NCBI GenBank assembly: GCA_044508545.1
Contig: JBIQHO010000001.1
Location: 1 to 35,754, forward strand
Direction of reading: 5' to 3'
Source of the DNA: Bradyrhizobiaceae bacterium
Lineage (GTDB): Bacteria > Pseudomonadota > Alphaproteobacteria > Rhizobiales > Xanthobacteraceae
DNA: 35,754 bases
The notes below the pieces were generated by a model. The model was not told the DNA's origin. It made no database searches and saw only the letters and a program-made list of their open reading frames with translations. A program made the translations under genes and the position numbers. Positions 1 through 9,839 of this stretch are shown here, piece after piece. Each line of letters opens with the position of its first letter. Positions within the stretch are counted from its first letter, which is position 1.

Positions 1-2
1 TC

Positions 3-2627
<2,625 letters not shown>

Positions 2628-2662
2628 GCGCGATAATGGGTTCCAGGAATCCCGGCTGAGCC

Positions 2663-2687
2663 GGAACCTGCCGGCCACGGGGATGTT
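2663..2687 (+). promoter_or_regulatory. Possible sigma EcfG-type (general stress) promoter upstream of greA
   Basis: GGAAC-N16-TGTT (GGAAC 2663-2667, GTT 2685-2687), oriented towards greA. Confidence 0.45.
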
Positions 2688-2713
2688 TTCTAACCCAGAC
2701 CGGTCGTAAACAG

Positions 2714-2790
2714 CTAGTGTGGTGGTTCAGAAGTTCGCTTTCAGTGCCTGGGCGAGTTGCCAAGCGAACTTCTGAACCAAACCAACACTG
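2714..2790. repeat. Long palindromic element in the greA leader
   Basis: Perfect 18-bp inverted repeat TGGTTCAGAAGTTCGCTT (2723-2740) / AAGCGAACTTCTGAACCA (2762-2779). It extends imperfectly from CTAGTGT to ACACTG. Confidence 0.75.
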
Positions 2791-2893
2791 GAATTAAAGA
2801 GTTGCCAATGCGGTTTGCAGCCCCGGGTGCGGACCGGAAGGCAGCTTCGCGCAACACCTCAAGGACCGCTGACGAAGCGAAGGACGAAGTGAG

Positions 2894-3370
2894 ATGGTCG
2901 AGAAGGTTCCGATGACCCGAGGCGGACATGCCGCCCTCGCAGACGAACTGAAGAAGCGCCAGTCGGTGGACCGGCCGCGCATCATCGAGCAGATCGCCGA
3001 GGCGCGCTCGCATGGCGATCTGTCGGAGAACGCGGAGTATCACGCCGCGAAGGAAGAACAGTCGCACAATGAGGGCCGCATCGCCGAGCTGGAGGACAAG
3101 CTGGCGCGCGCCGACATTATCGATGTCAGCAAGCTGTCCGGCGATACCATCAAGTTCGGCGCCACCGTGACGCTGATCGACGAGGACACCGACAAGAAGG
3201 CGGTGTGGCAGATCGTCGGCGAAGCCGAGGCTGACGCCAAGAAGGGGCGCATCTCGATCACCTCTCCGCTCGCGCGCGCCCTGATCGGCAAGAAGAAAGG
3301 CTCCTCGGTGGAGGTCGTCGCGCCAGGCGGCGCAAAAGCCTACGAGATCACCAAGGTCGAGTGGCGATAG
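2894..3370 (+). CDS. greA: Transcription elongation factor GreA
   Basis: [15 protein letters not shown] and [13 protein letters not shown] motifs, 158 aa, carB-greA synteny. Confidence 0.99.
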   Translation: MVEKVPMTRGGHAALADELKKRQSVDRPRIIEQIAEARSHGDLSENAEYHAAKEEQSHNEGRIAELEDKLARADIIDVSKLSGDTIKFGATVTLIDEDTDKKAVWQIVGEAEADAKKGRISITSPLARALIGKKKGSSVEVVAPGGAKAYEITKVEWR

Positions 3371-3390
3371 CGGAGTTTTCTCCGCTGTCG
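3365..3390 (+). terminator. Hairpin overlapping the greA stop (possible terminator)
   Basis: CGATAGCGGAG-TTTT-CTCCGCTGTCG, with no immediate U-tract. Confidence 0.45.
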
Positions 3391-3414
3391 CGTATCCGCG
3401 AAGATCCTGACATA

Positions 3415-3444
3415 TTTTATTTCGGCTTCTTTTATTTCGGCTTC
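3415..3444. repeat. Perfect 15-bp tandem duplication
   Basis: TTTTATTTCGGCTTC x2. Confidence 0.95.
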
Positions 3445-3465
3445 GCAGCGCAGGATGAGAGCGGC

Positions 3466-3726
3466 ATGCGGCTTTCCCGTTCAAGCCTCGCAATGGCGAT
3501 GACGGCTGCATGCATTGCCGGAGCCGCCCGCGCCGCCGAGATCGATGTCCCGCAGCATCCGCCGCCGAAGCAGAAGGAACTGTGGATGCAGAATGGCCCA
3601 CCGAATTGCAGCCGGTGGACCGACGGCTGCGCCAGTTGCGCGCGCGGCGCCGGCAGCGAGCCGATGGTATGCTCGAACACCGGTTTTTCCTGTCAGCCCA
3701 AAACGATCCGTTGCATTCAGCCCTGA
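3466..3726 (+). CDS. Small secreted cysteine-rich protein (86 aa)
   Basis: ATG 3466 after GGATGAGAG, signal peptide ending ARA-A, six Cys in the mature part (CSRWTDGCASC...CSNTGFSCQPKTIRC). Confidence 0.8.
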   Translation: MRLSRSSLAMAMTAACIAGAARAAEIDVPQHPPPKQKELWMQNGPPNCSRWTDGCASCARGAGSEPMVCSNTGFSCQPKTIRCIQP

Positions 3727-3898
3727 CCTCGCCGTGGGCGAGCCATCATCGCGACCCGGTCGCATTGACGCAGCCGTCATGCAAGCGCTTGAGCCCGGGC
3801 GCCGGAACGAGCGAATAAAGCTTTGTAAATCAATTACTTATAGGCCGCGTTGATATTATCAAAGCGCAGAACTCCCAACCTCGGCGTGTTCCAAACAT

Positions 3899-3923
3899 GG
3901 AACAATTCTGTATCCGGGCCGTT
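3899..3923 (+). promoter_or_regulatory. Sigma EcfG-type promoter upstream of the DoxX gene
   Basis: GGAAC-N16-CGTT, exact consensus, 65 nt before ATG 3989. Confidence 0.65.
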
Positions 3924-3988
3924 TCGTTTCAGCTTTGCGGCGAGGTAAGCTGTGGGGCGACAGGAATATGCAACGGGAAAGACCCAAC

Positions 3989-4384
3989 ATGGACCAGATC
4001 TCCAAATTGCAGCCGATCGTCCTCAGCCTGCTTCGTTTCATGAGCGGACTCCTGCTCATGCAGCATGGCACCGCAAAGCTCCTCGGCTTTCCGGCGTTGC
4101 CGATGTTCGCCGACCTGCGAATCGGCTCGATGGTCGGGGCCGCAGGAGTTATCGAACTGGTCGGCGGCGCGCTGCTGGTGGTCGGGCTGTTCACGCGAGC
4201 CGCCGCGTTCATTGCCTCAGGCATGACGGCGGTCGCCTACTTCATGGTCCACGAGCCGAAGGGTTTTATGCCGATCGTCAATGGCGGCGAACTGGCGGCG
4301 TTATATTGCTTCGTGTTCTTTTATCTGGTGTTCGCCGGCGGCGGCCCGATCAGCCTCGACAGGATCATCCACAAAAAGACCTGA
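3989..4384 (+). CDS. DoxX family membrane protein
   Basis: LLRFMSGLLLMQHGTAKL, ELVGG..LVVGLFTR, NGGELA, GGGPISLD. Alternative start at 3968. Confidence 0.92.
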   Translation: MDQISKLQPIVLSLLRFMSGLLLMQHGTAKLLGFPALPMFADLRIGSMVGAAGVIELVGGALLVVGLFTRAAAFIASGMTAVAYFMVHEPKGFMPIVNGGELAALYCFVFFYLVFAGGGPISLDRIIHKKT

Positions 4385-4473
4385 AGACCGGGTGGGCGCA
4401 TCTGGACATCGTGCCCGGCTTAACGCCGGGCGCTCAGGCAGGCGCGGCTTGGGCGCGCGCCTCTTGCGACCTG

Positions 4474-4601
4474 AGAGCGTTTTCGAGCGAAGCATGTCCT
4501 TAAGCTCGACCCGAGGATGGAATCCGGTTCGCGTGAAGAAACGCCTCAAATCACAATGATAGAGCCCCGGTTCTGATTCATCAGAACCGGAAAGTCTCTA
4601 G
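4474..4601 (+). repeat. Palindromic MITE-like repeat, family A (long variant)
   Basis: AGAGCGTTTTCGAGCGAAG-[hairpin insert]-GGAATCCGGTTCGCGTGAAGAAACGC, then a second hairpin ending CTCTAG. Similar to 5101-5203, 7455-7556, 11309-11427 and 31041-31118. Confidence 0.85.
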
Positions 4602-5077
4602 TCAGGCGTCTTCAATTCCAGCGGCACCGCCGCAGCGTATTTGGAGCTATGCAGGACAAGCGAGGTTCGCACGTTGCGCACGTGCGGCGCGGCCGTGAGA
4701 TGCGAAACAAAATCCTGAAAAGTCGTCATGTCGGGCGCCACGCATTTCAGGATGAAGTCGACCTCGCCCGACAGCATCCAGCACTCCCGCACCAGCGGCT
4801 CCCCGCGCACGAATTCCTCGAACGCGCGCAGATCGGCGTCGGCCTGGCTTGACAGGTGCACCGACGCGAACACCGTGACCTCGAAACCGAGCCGTTGCGG
4901 ATCGAGCAATCCCCGGTAGCCCTGGATGTAGCCCTCTTCTTCCAGCGTCCGGACCCGGCGAAGACATGGCGGCGGCGAAATGCCGACCCGCTTGGCCAGC
5001 TCGACATTGGTGATCCGGCCATCGGCCTGAATCTCGCTCAGAATCTTGAGGTCGATCTCGTCCAGACTTTTTGACAC
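4598..5077 (-). CDS. Lrp/AsnC family transcriptional regulator
   Basis: LDEIDLKIL..GRITNVELAKRVGISPPPCLRRVR HTH plus a C-terminal RAM domain, divergent from trxB. Confidence 0.96.
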   Translation of the reverse strand: MSKSLDEIDLKILSEIQADGRITNVELAKRVGISPPPCLRRVRTLEEEGYIQGYRGLLDPQRLGFEVTVFASVHLSSQADADLRAFEEFVRGEPLVRECWMLSGEVDFILKCVAPDMTTFQDFVSHLTAAPHVRNVRTSLVLHSSKYAAAVPLELKTPD

Positions 5078-5100
5078 GCGCGTGCAAACCCCGAAGCTCG

Positions 5101-5203
5101 CTAGAGTCTTTCACTGTTTCATGGAAACGGTGAAAGACTCTAGTTTTTGTTTTGACGCGTTTTCTTCACGCGAACCGGATTCCACTTCGCTCGAAAACGC
5201 TCT
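5101..5203 (-). repeat. Palindromic MITE-like repeat, family A (short variant)
   Basis: Reverse complement reads AGAGCGTTTTCGAGCGAAGTGGAATCCGGTTCGCGTGAAGAAAACGCGTCAAAACAAAAACTAGAGTCTTTCAC...GTGAAAGACTCTAG. Confidence 0.88.
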
Positions 5204-5303
5204 CGCGTGTGTTTCAACTGCATTGAACCAGGCCCGTCGCTTATCTTTGGTTTGAGCGTGATCTTTTCCGAAAACCGGTTTCCACTTTTCGGGATCACGC
5301 TCG
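5204..5303 (-). repeat. Palindromic MITE-like repeat, family B
   Basis: Reverse complement GAGCGTGATCCCGAAAAGTGGAAACCGGTTTTCGGAAAAGATCACGCTCAAA..AAGATAAGCGACG..GTTGAAAC matches 14369-14464. Confidence 0.85.
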
Positions 5304-5351
5304 AAACGGAGAGAATCTCCAGTAAACCTCTTAACGTAGATCGGGCAGTCT

Positions 5352-5368
5352 GCGCAATTTTATTGCGC
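5352..5368. promoter_or_regulatory. Palindromic operator candidate between lrp and trxB
   Basis: GCGCAAT-TTT-ATTGCGC, a perfect 7-3-7 dyad with an AT-rich centre. Confidence 0.4.
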
Positions 5369-5410
5369 GCAGGCCCGATTTGGCTTTAGAGGAATTTTTG
5401 CAGTGACGGG

Positions 5411-5439
5411 TTGCAAATCCTGCATAGCTAGCCAGATAT
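5411..5439 (+). promoter_or_regulatory. Possible RpoH-type promoter of trxB
   Basis: TTG-N18-CCAGATAT resembles the alphaproteobacterial RpoH consensus CTTG-N17/18-CCTATAT. Confidence 0.35.
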
Positions 5440-5535
5440 CCAATATATGATCTAGATGTTTTTCCCGCCTTCCGCCGCCTGCCTGGGCTTCGCTGCCCGC
5501 GGCCGGCCGGCTTCTCGCCACAGGATCCCAAATCC

Positions 5536-6501
5536 ATGCCTGCTCCCGTCCACGCCAAGGTTGTCATCATCGGCTCCGGTCCGGCGGGCTATACGGCGGC
5601 GATCTATGCCGCGCGGGCCATGCTGGAGCCGGTGCTGATCCAGGGCATCCAGCCGGGCGGCCAGCTCACCATTACCACCGACGTCGAAAACTATCCGGGC
5701 TTTGCGGACGTGATCCAGGGCCCGTGGCTGATGGAACAGATGGAGAAGCAGGCGACGCATGTCGGCACGAAGATCATCACCGATACGGTGAACTCGCTCG
5801 ATGTGTCGCAGCGGCCGTTCCGGCTGACCTGCGACAGCGGCGAGGTTTATCTGGCCGAGACCGTGATCCTTGCCACCGGCGCGCAGGCGCGCTGGCTCGG
5901 GCTGCCGTCTGAAGACGCCTTCAAGGGATTCGGCGTCTCGGCCTGTGCCACCTGCGATGGTTTCTTCTACCGCGGCAAGAACGTGATCGTCGTCGGCGGC
6001 GGCAATACCGCCGTCGAGGAAGCACTGTTTTTGACCAACTTCGCTGCGCAGGTCACCCTCGTTCACCGCCGCGACCACTTCCGCGCCGAACGCATCCTGC
6101 AGGATCGCGCATTCAAGCATCCCAAGATCGAGGTGATCTGGGACAGCGTGATCGACGAGATCTGCGGCGCGGAAAATCCACCCAAGGTCACTCATGTCCG
6201 GTTGAAGAACGTCAAGACCGGCGCACTCACCGAACTTTCGGCCGACGGCGTGTTCATCGCGATCGGCCATGCGCCCGCCACCGAACTCGTGGCCGGCAAG
6301 GTCAAGCTGAAAAGCTCGGGCTATGTCGAGGTCGCTCCGAACTCGACGGCAACGTCGGTGCCGGGCCTGTTCGCGGCCGGCGATGTCGCGGACGAGGTTT
6401 ACCGGCAGGCAGTCACGGCCGCGGGCCTTGGCTGCATGGCCGCACTGGAGGCCGAACGGTTTCTCGCAGCTCATGCGAGCGACCGCGCGGCCGCAGAGTA
6501 A
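5536..6501 (+). CDS. trxB: Thioredoxin reductase
   Basis: GSGPAG FAD motif, CATCDG redox centre, GGGNTA NADPH motif, FAAGDV. Confidence 0.99.
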   Translation: MPAPVHAKVVIIGSGPAGYTAAIYAARAMLEPVLIQGIQPGGQLTITTDVENYPGFADVIQGPWLMEQMEKQATHVGTKIITDTVNSLDVSQRPFRLTCDSGEVYLAETVILATGAQARWLGLPSEDAFKGFGVSACATCDGFFYRGKNVIVVGGGNTAVEEALFLTNFAAQVTLVHRRDHFRAERILQDRAFKHPKIEVIWDSVIDEICGAENPPKVTHVRLKNVKTGALTELSADGVFIAIGHAPATELVAGKVKLKSSGYVEVAPNSTATSVPGLFAAGDVADEVYRQAVTAAGLGCMAALEAERFLAAHASDRAAAE

Positions 6502-6503
6502 CG

Positions 6504-7427
6504 ATGCTTCGGAATCGCGACGGTTTTACCGACATGGACTGGGACAAGCTGAAGGTGTTTCACGCGGCTGCCGAGGCTGGCAGCTTCACGCATGCCGGCG
6601 AGCAGCTCGGGCTGTCGCAGTCCGCTGTGTCACGGCAAGTCGGCGCGCTGGAGCAGGAACTCTCGGTGTCGCTGTTTCATCGCCATGCGCGGGGGCTGAT
6701 CCTGACCGAACAGGGCGACCTGCTGTTCCGCACCGCGCACGAAGTCTTCATGCAATTGCAGGCGGCGCGCGCCAAGCTCACCGACAGCCGCGAGCGGCCA
6801 AGCGGCGATCTCAAGGTGACGACCACGCCGGGCGTCGGCATCAACTGGCTGATCCCCCGCCTCGGCGAATTTACCGCGCTCTATCCGGAAATCCGGATTT
6901 CGCTGGTTCTCACCGACGAAGAACTCGATCTGTCGATGCGCGAGGCCGATATCGCGATCCGCACGCAGAAGCCGACCCAGCCCGATCTCATTCAGCGCAA
7001 GCTGTTCGCGATGGGCTTCCACGCTTACTGCTCAACGGAATACGTCAAGCGCTTCGGCACTCCCCGGACGCTGGAGGAACTCGACGGACATCGTATCGTC
7101 CTGCTCAGCGAGACGCACCCGTCGGTGCATCCCCAGAACCGCAACTGGCTGATCGAGGCCGGCCGCAACGGCTCGGGAACGCGCGAGCCGTACTTCATCG
7201 TCAACAACATACTGGGCTTGTTCAGCGCCTGCCAGCAGGGTCTCGGCATCGCCGCGCTGCCGGACTATTTAGTCGGCGAGAACAACCTGCTGGTGCAGTT
7301 GTTCAGTGAATCCGACTCGATTCAGCTCGATACCTATTTCGTATATCCCGAAGAACTGAAGTCCGTCGCGCGGGTTCAGGCTTTCCGCGATTTCGTGGTC
7401 AGCAAGGCCCAGCGCTGGCCGTCATAA
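6504..7427 (+). CDS. vtlR: LysR-type regulator, VtlR/LsrB orthologue
   Basis: MDWDKLKVFHAAAEAGSFTHAG..LFHRHARGLILTEQG N-terminus. Lies directly behind trxB with a divergent lrp, as at the rhizobial lsrB and Brucella vtlR loci. Alternative start 6534. Confidence 0.85.
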   Translation: MLRNRDGFTDMDWDKLKVFHAAAEAGSFTHAGEQLGLSQSAVSRQVGALEQELSVSLFHRHARGLILTEQGDLLFRTAHEVFMQLQAARAKLTDSRERPSGDLKVTTTPGVGINWLIPRLGEFTALYPEIRISLVLTDEELDLSMREADIAIRTQKPTQPDLIQRKLFAMGFHAYCSTEYVKRFGTPRTLEELDGHRIVLLSETHPSVHPQNRNWLIEAGRNGSGTREPYFIVNNILGLFSACQQGLGIAALPDYLVGENNLLVQLFSESDSIQLDTYFVYPEELKSVARVQAFRDFVVSKAQRWPS

Positions 7428-7454
7428 TCCGCCGGCTCCGCCGGATAATGCTTT

Positions 7455-7556
7455 TATAGCGTTTTCGAGCGAAGCGGATACCGGTTCGCGTCAAGAAAAC
7501 GGGTCAAATCAAAATCATGGAGCCCTGCTTCTGATTCCGTCAGAAGTGGAAAAGCT
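7455..7556 (+). repeat. Palindromic MITE-like repeat, family A (short variant)
   Basis: TAGCGTTTTCGAGCGAAGCGGATACCGGTTCGCGTCAAGAAAAC, then the CTTCTGATTCCGTCAGAAG hairpin. Confidence 0.85.
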
Positions 7557-7607
7557 ATTGCTCGCGGCAAGCATACGGCGGCAAACGACAAACGCGCGAA
7601 ACCCGCG

Positions 7608-7644
7608 CGCTTTGTCAGCTCAAACCCGCTTTGTCAGCTCAAAC
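7608..7644. repeat. Tandem duplication, period 19
   Basis: CGCTTTGTCAGCTCAAAC at 7608-7625 and 7627-7644. Confidence 0.9.
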
Positions 7645-7692
7645 AAAAAAGACAAGCGACGAGTCTGACTCAACGCAGTTGAAACAGACTCT
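7637..7692 (+). repeat. Family B repeat, right half only
   Basis: GCTCAAACAAAAAAGACAAGCGACGAGTCTGACTCAACGCAGTTGAAACAGACTCT resembles the distal halves of 14369-14464 and 5204-5303. Confidence 0.7.
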
Positions 7693-7703
7693 GGCGTGCC
7701 GGG

Positions 7704-8384
7704 TCAGGCCGCATTTTTGTGCATGGTCCCGTTCGATGACGCAGCGCCACGGATCGCCTTGACGGAACGCTCGATCGCCGCCCACAGCCGTCCGATCTCC
7801 GAGGCCGCGCGGCCCTGTGAATCGTATTCGCGGGCGCCTTCACCATGCGCGAGCGCCAGCAGCAGGTCGGCGCGATTGGTGATCTGACCGCTCCAGACCG
7901 GAGCGCGGAATTTCGCAAGAGCCTCGCGGGCAATGGCGACGATCGGGCTTTCGGAGCCATCACGCATTGCGGGCGCGCCGTTGACGACGACAGCATAAGG
8001 CTTGCGCGCTGAGCGGCAGGTTTGAATGGTGTCCTGAACTGCATTGACATCGAAGACGCCGGGCCGCGCGGGTATCACAACCATGGTCGCATTGCGGATA
8101 GCGTCGTCGACGACGGCCGAGAGGTTCGGCGGCGTGTCGATAAAGACCCACTCGAAGCCGTCACGCCTGGCCGAGTTGATGATCTCGGTGACGGAGCGGT
8201 TGGCTGTCCGGATCGGAGGTTCGTTGGTGCCGCGCAGCTTGTGCCAAAGGGTCAACGACCCCTGCGGATCAGCATCCACCAGCAGGCAGGGCTTCGAGGC
8301 CTTATGAACTTGCGCGGCAAGGTGAGCAGCCAGGGTGCTTTTGCCCGAGCCGCCTTTACGCGATGCGAAAACAATAACGTTCAT
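7704..8384 (-). CDS. Orphan ParA/MinD-family ATPase (short, no N-terminal HTH), 226 aa
   Basis: Deviant Walker A KGGSGKST, DADPQGS, Walker B FIDTPP. No parB nearby. Confidence 0.92.
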   Translation of the reverse strand: MNVIVFASRKGGSGKSTLAAHLAAQVHKASKPCLLVDADPQGSLTLWHKLRGTNEPPIRTANRSVTEIINSARRDGFEWVFIDTPPNLSAVVDDAIRNATMVVIPARPGVFDVNAVQDTIQTCRSARKPYAVVVNGAPAMRDGSESPIVAIAREALAKFRAPVWSGQITNRADLLLALAHGEGAREYDSQGRAASEIGRLWAAIERSVKAIRGAASSNGTMHKNAA

Positions 8385-8575
8385 ACCTTGGTCTCCAGAT
8401 TGACCCGGGAGACTAAAATGAATCAGCATACTGATTCGTTAAAGACAAATCTTGCCGCTAACCGCCTCTTTACATCGGTTTTTCATGCAGAACTGGCATT
8501 TGAGTCACACTCCGCCGGATGCGTGAGTCATATTGCCGCAAAAGATTACAAAGCGAGTCGTCCCGAGGAAAAGCG

Positions 8576-8887
8576 TTACGACCGACCCTTCGCGGCTTTT
8601 CGCTCGATCCATTTGCGTTCGATCCGGCCGAGCGTGCGCGCTATCGGTGCTTGCAGGAACGGCAGATCCTGAGCAAGCAGCATCAGTCCGAGCGGCAACA
8701 TCCACAGCCCCAGCACCGGCAGAAAACTGAAGACACCGCCGACGGTCAGCAGCAACGCCAGCGGAACGCGGACCGGCCGCGAGGACGGCCTGCGCAGCCA
8801 GCCCATGAATTTCGCCGGGCGTGGCGGCATCTTGCTTTCGAACCAGACAAAATGCCGGTCCAGTTCCGCTCGATGATCAGTGCTCAC
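8576..8887 (-). CDS. Hypothetical small membrane protein (103 aa)
   Basis: GTG 8887 with GGAG 6 nt upstream; hydrophobic hairpin LALLLTVGGVFSFLPVLGLWMLPLGLMLLAQD. Confidence 0.8.
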   Translation of the reverse strand: MSTDHRAELDRHFVWFESKMPPRPAKFMGWLRRPSSRPVRVPLALLLTVGGVFSFLPVLGLWMLPLGLMLLAQDLPFLQAPIARTLGRIERKWIERKAAKGRS

Positions 8888-8934
8888 GGTTTGCTCCGTG
8901 ACGGAAAGATGTTGGTCGGTCACACCGCGACAAC

Positions 8935-8949
8935 GCGGCGGGATGTCGC
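8935..8949. promoter_or_regulatory. Possible RegR/PrrA box
   Basis: GCGGC-N5-GTCGC about 50 nt upstream of the 8887 start. The motif is GC-rich, so a chance match is possible. Confidence 0.3.
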
Positions 8950-9007
8950 GCAAACAGTTCTGTCGCCGGAACAGGGGCGAGTCTTGTCAGACGCGCCGGC
9001 TTTCGGC

Positions 9008-9178
9008 TCAAAAACCGAACGTCCAGACGACGCATACCACCGTCAGCGTCAGGAGCATACTCAGCACCCAGCCGATGGCATAGTTCGTCTCCTCGGGCGC
9101 GATCCCGCGCATGTCGTCGACCGGAACGTTGTGGGCCGGAACGCTGTGGGTCGGACGCCAAAGGCGCAAATCGGTCAT
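9008..9178 (-). CDS. Small single-pass membrane protein (56 aa)
   Basis: ATG 9178 after AAGGGAGG, C-terminal TM helix AIGWVLSMLLTLTVVCVVWTFGF, upstream EcfG-type promoter. Confidence 0.75.
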   Translation of the reverse strand: MTDLRLWRPTHSVPAHNVPVDDMRGIAPEETNYAIGWVLSMLLTLTVVCVVWTFGF

Positions 9179-9216
9179 GACCAACCTCCCTTTGCGGACA
9201 TTGCCGCAAGGGATCC

Positions 9217-9242
9217 AACGGTCAACGGGCGGCGCCAGTTCC
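9217..9242 (-). promoter_or_regulatory. Sigma EcfG-type promoter for the 56-aa ORF
   Basis: Minus strand GGAAC-N17-CGTT, exact consensus. Confidence 0.7.
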
Positions 9243-9294
9243 ATCGGACACGCGTGGCTTGACGCCGCCGCGCACAACCGTCATGCGTATCGCG

Positions 9295-9708
9295 TCAGTC
9301 GGCCGGACGGCCGCTCCCGCACCGGCCGAAAGGCTTTCGGGAGAGGAAAGTCCGGGCTCCATCGACATGCGGTGCCGGATAACGTCCGGCGGGGGCGACC
9401 CCAGGGACAGTGCCACAGAGAACGAACCGCCTTCTCTCCGGGGAAGGTAAGGGTGAAAAGGTGCGGTAAGAGCGCACCGCGTCTCCGGCAACGGAGACGG
9501 CACGGTAAACCCCACCGGGAGCAAAACCGAATAGGGACAGCATCGCGAAAGGTTCGCTTCGGCGATAACATCGCAGGGCCGTGTCGGGCCCGCTGTCCGG
9601 GTAGGTTGCACGAGGCGACGTGCAAACGTCGTCCCAGAGGAATGGCCGTCACGTATCGTGTGCGCAAGCACGCGGTGCCCTCCAGAACCCGGCTTACAGG
9701 CCGGCTGA
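9295..9708 (+). ncRNA. rnpB: RNase P RNA, bacterial type A
   Basis: GAGGAAAGTCCGGGCTCC, AGTGCCACAGAG, GGGTGAAA..GTGCGGTAAGAGCGCAC, GGTAAACCCC, AGAACCCGGCTTACAGG. P1 pairing TCAGTCGGCC/GGCCGGCTGA. TTGACG at 9259. Confidence 0.99.
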
Positions 9709-9762
9709 TATGTTCGCGAAGCGCGCGTCAAACAAACGCGTTCGACTGTGAATATTGCCAAT

Positions 9763-9792
9763 GAGGGGTTCGGCGCAGCCGCCGGACCCCTC
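9763..9792. terminator. Hairpin between convergent rnpB and extensin-like gene
   Basis: GAGGGGTTCGGC-6nt-GCCGGACCCCTC. Confidence 0.55.
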
Positions 9793-9839
9793 GCCATTTC
9801 AAGACCTCACAGGCAGGCGGCCTTGCGATATCGGTGGCG

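Noticed and set aside
3850-3862. FNR/FixK box
   Set aside because: Spacer is 3 nt rather than the required 4 (TTGAT-N4-ATCAA); kept only as an unassigned dyad
4474-5203. Composite transposon carrying lrp
   Set aside because: No transposase, no evident target duplication, and lrp is in its conserved position opposite trxB
9111-9797. Protein ORFs 9111-9764, 9222-9797 and 9281-9667
   Set aside because: They overlap the unambiguous RNase P RNA
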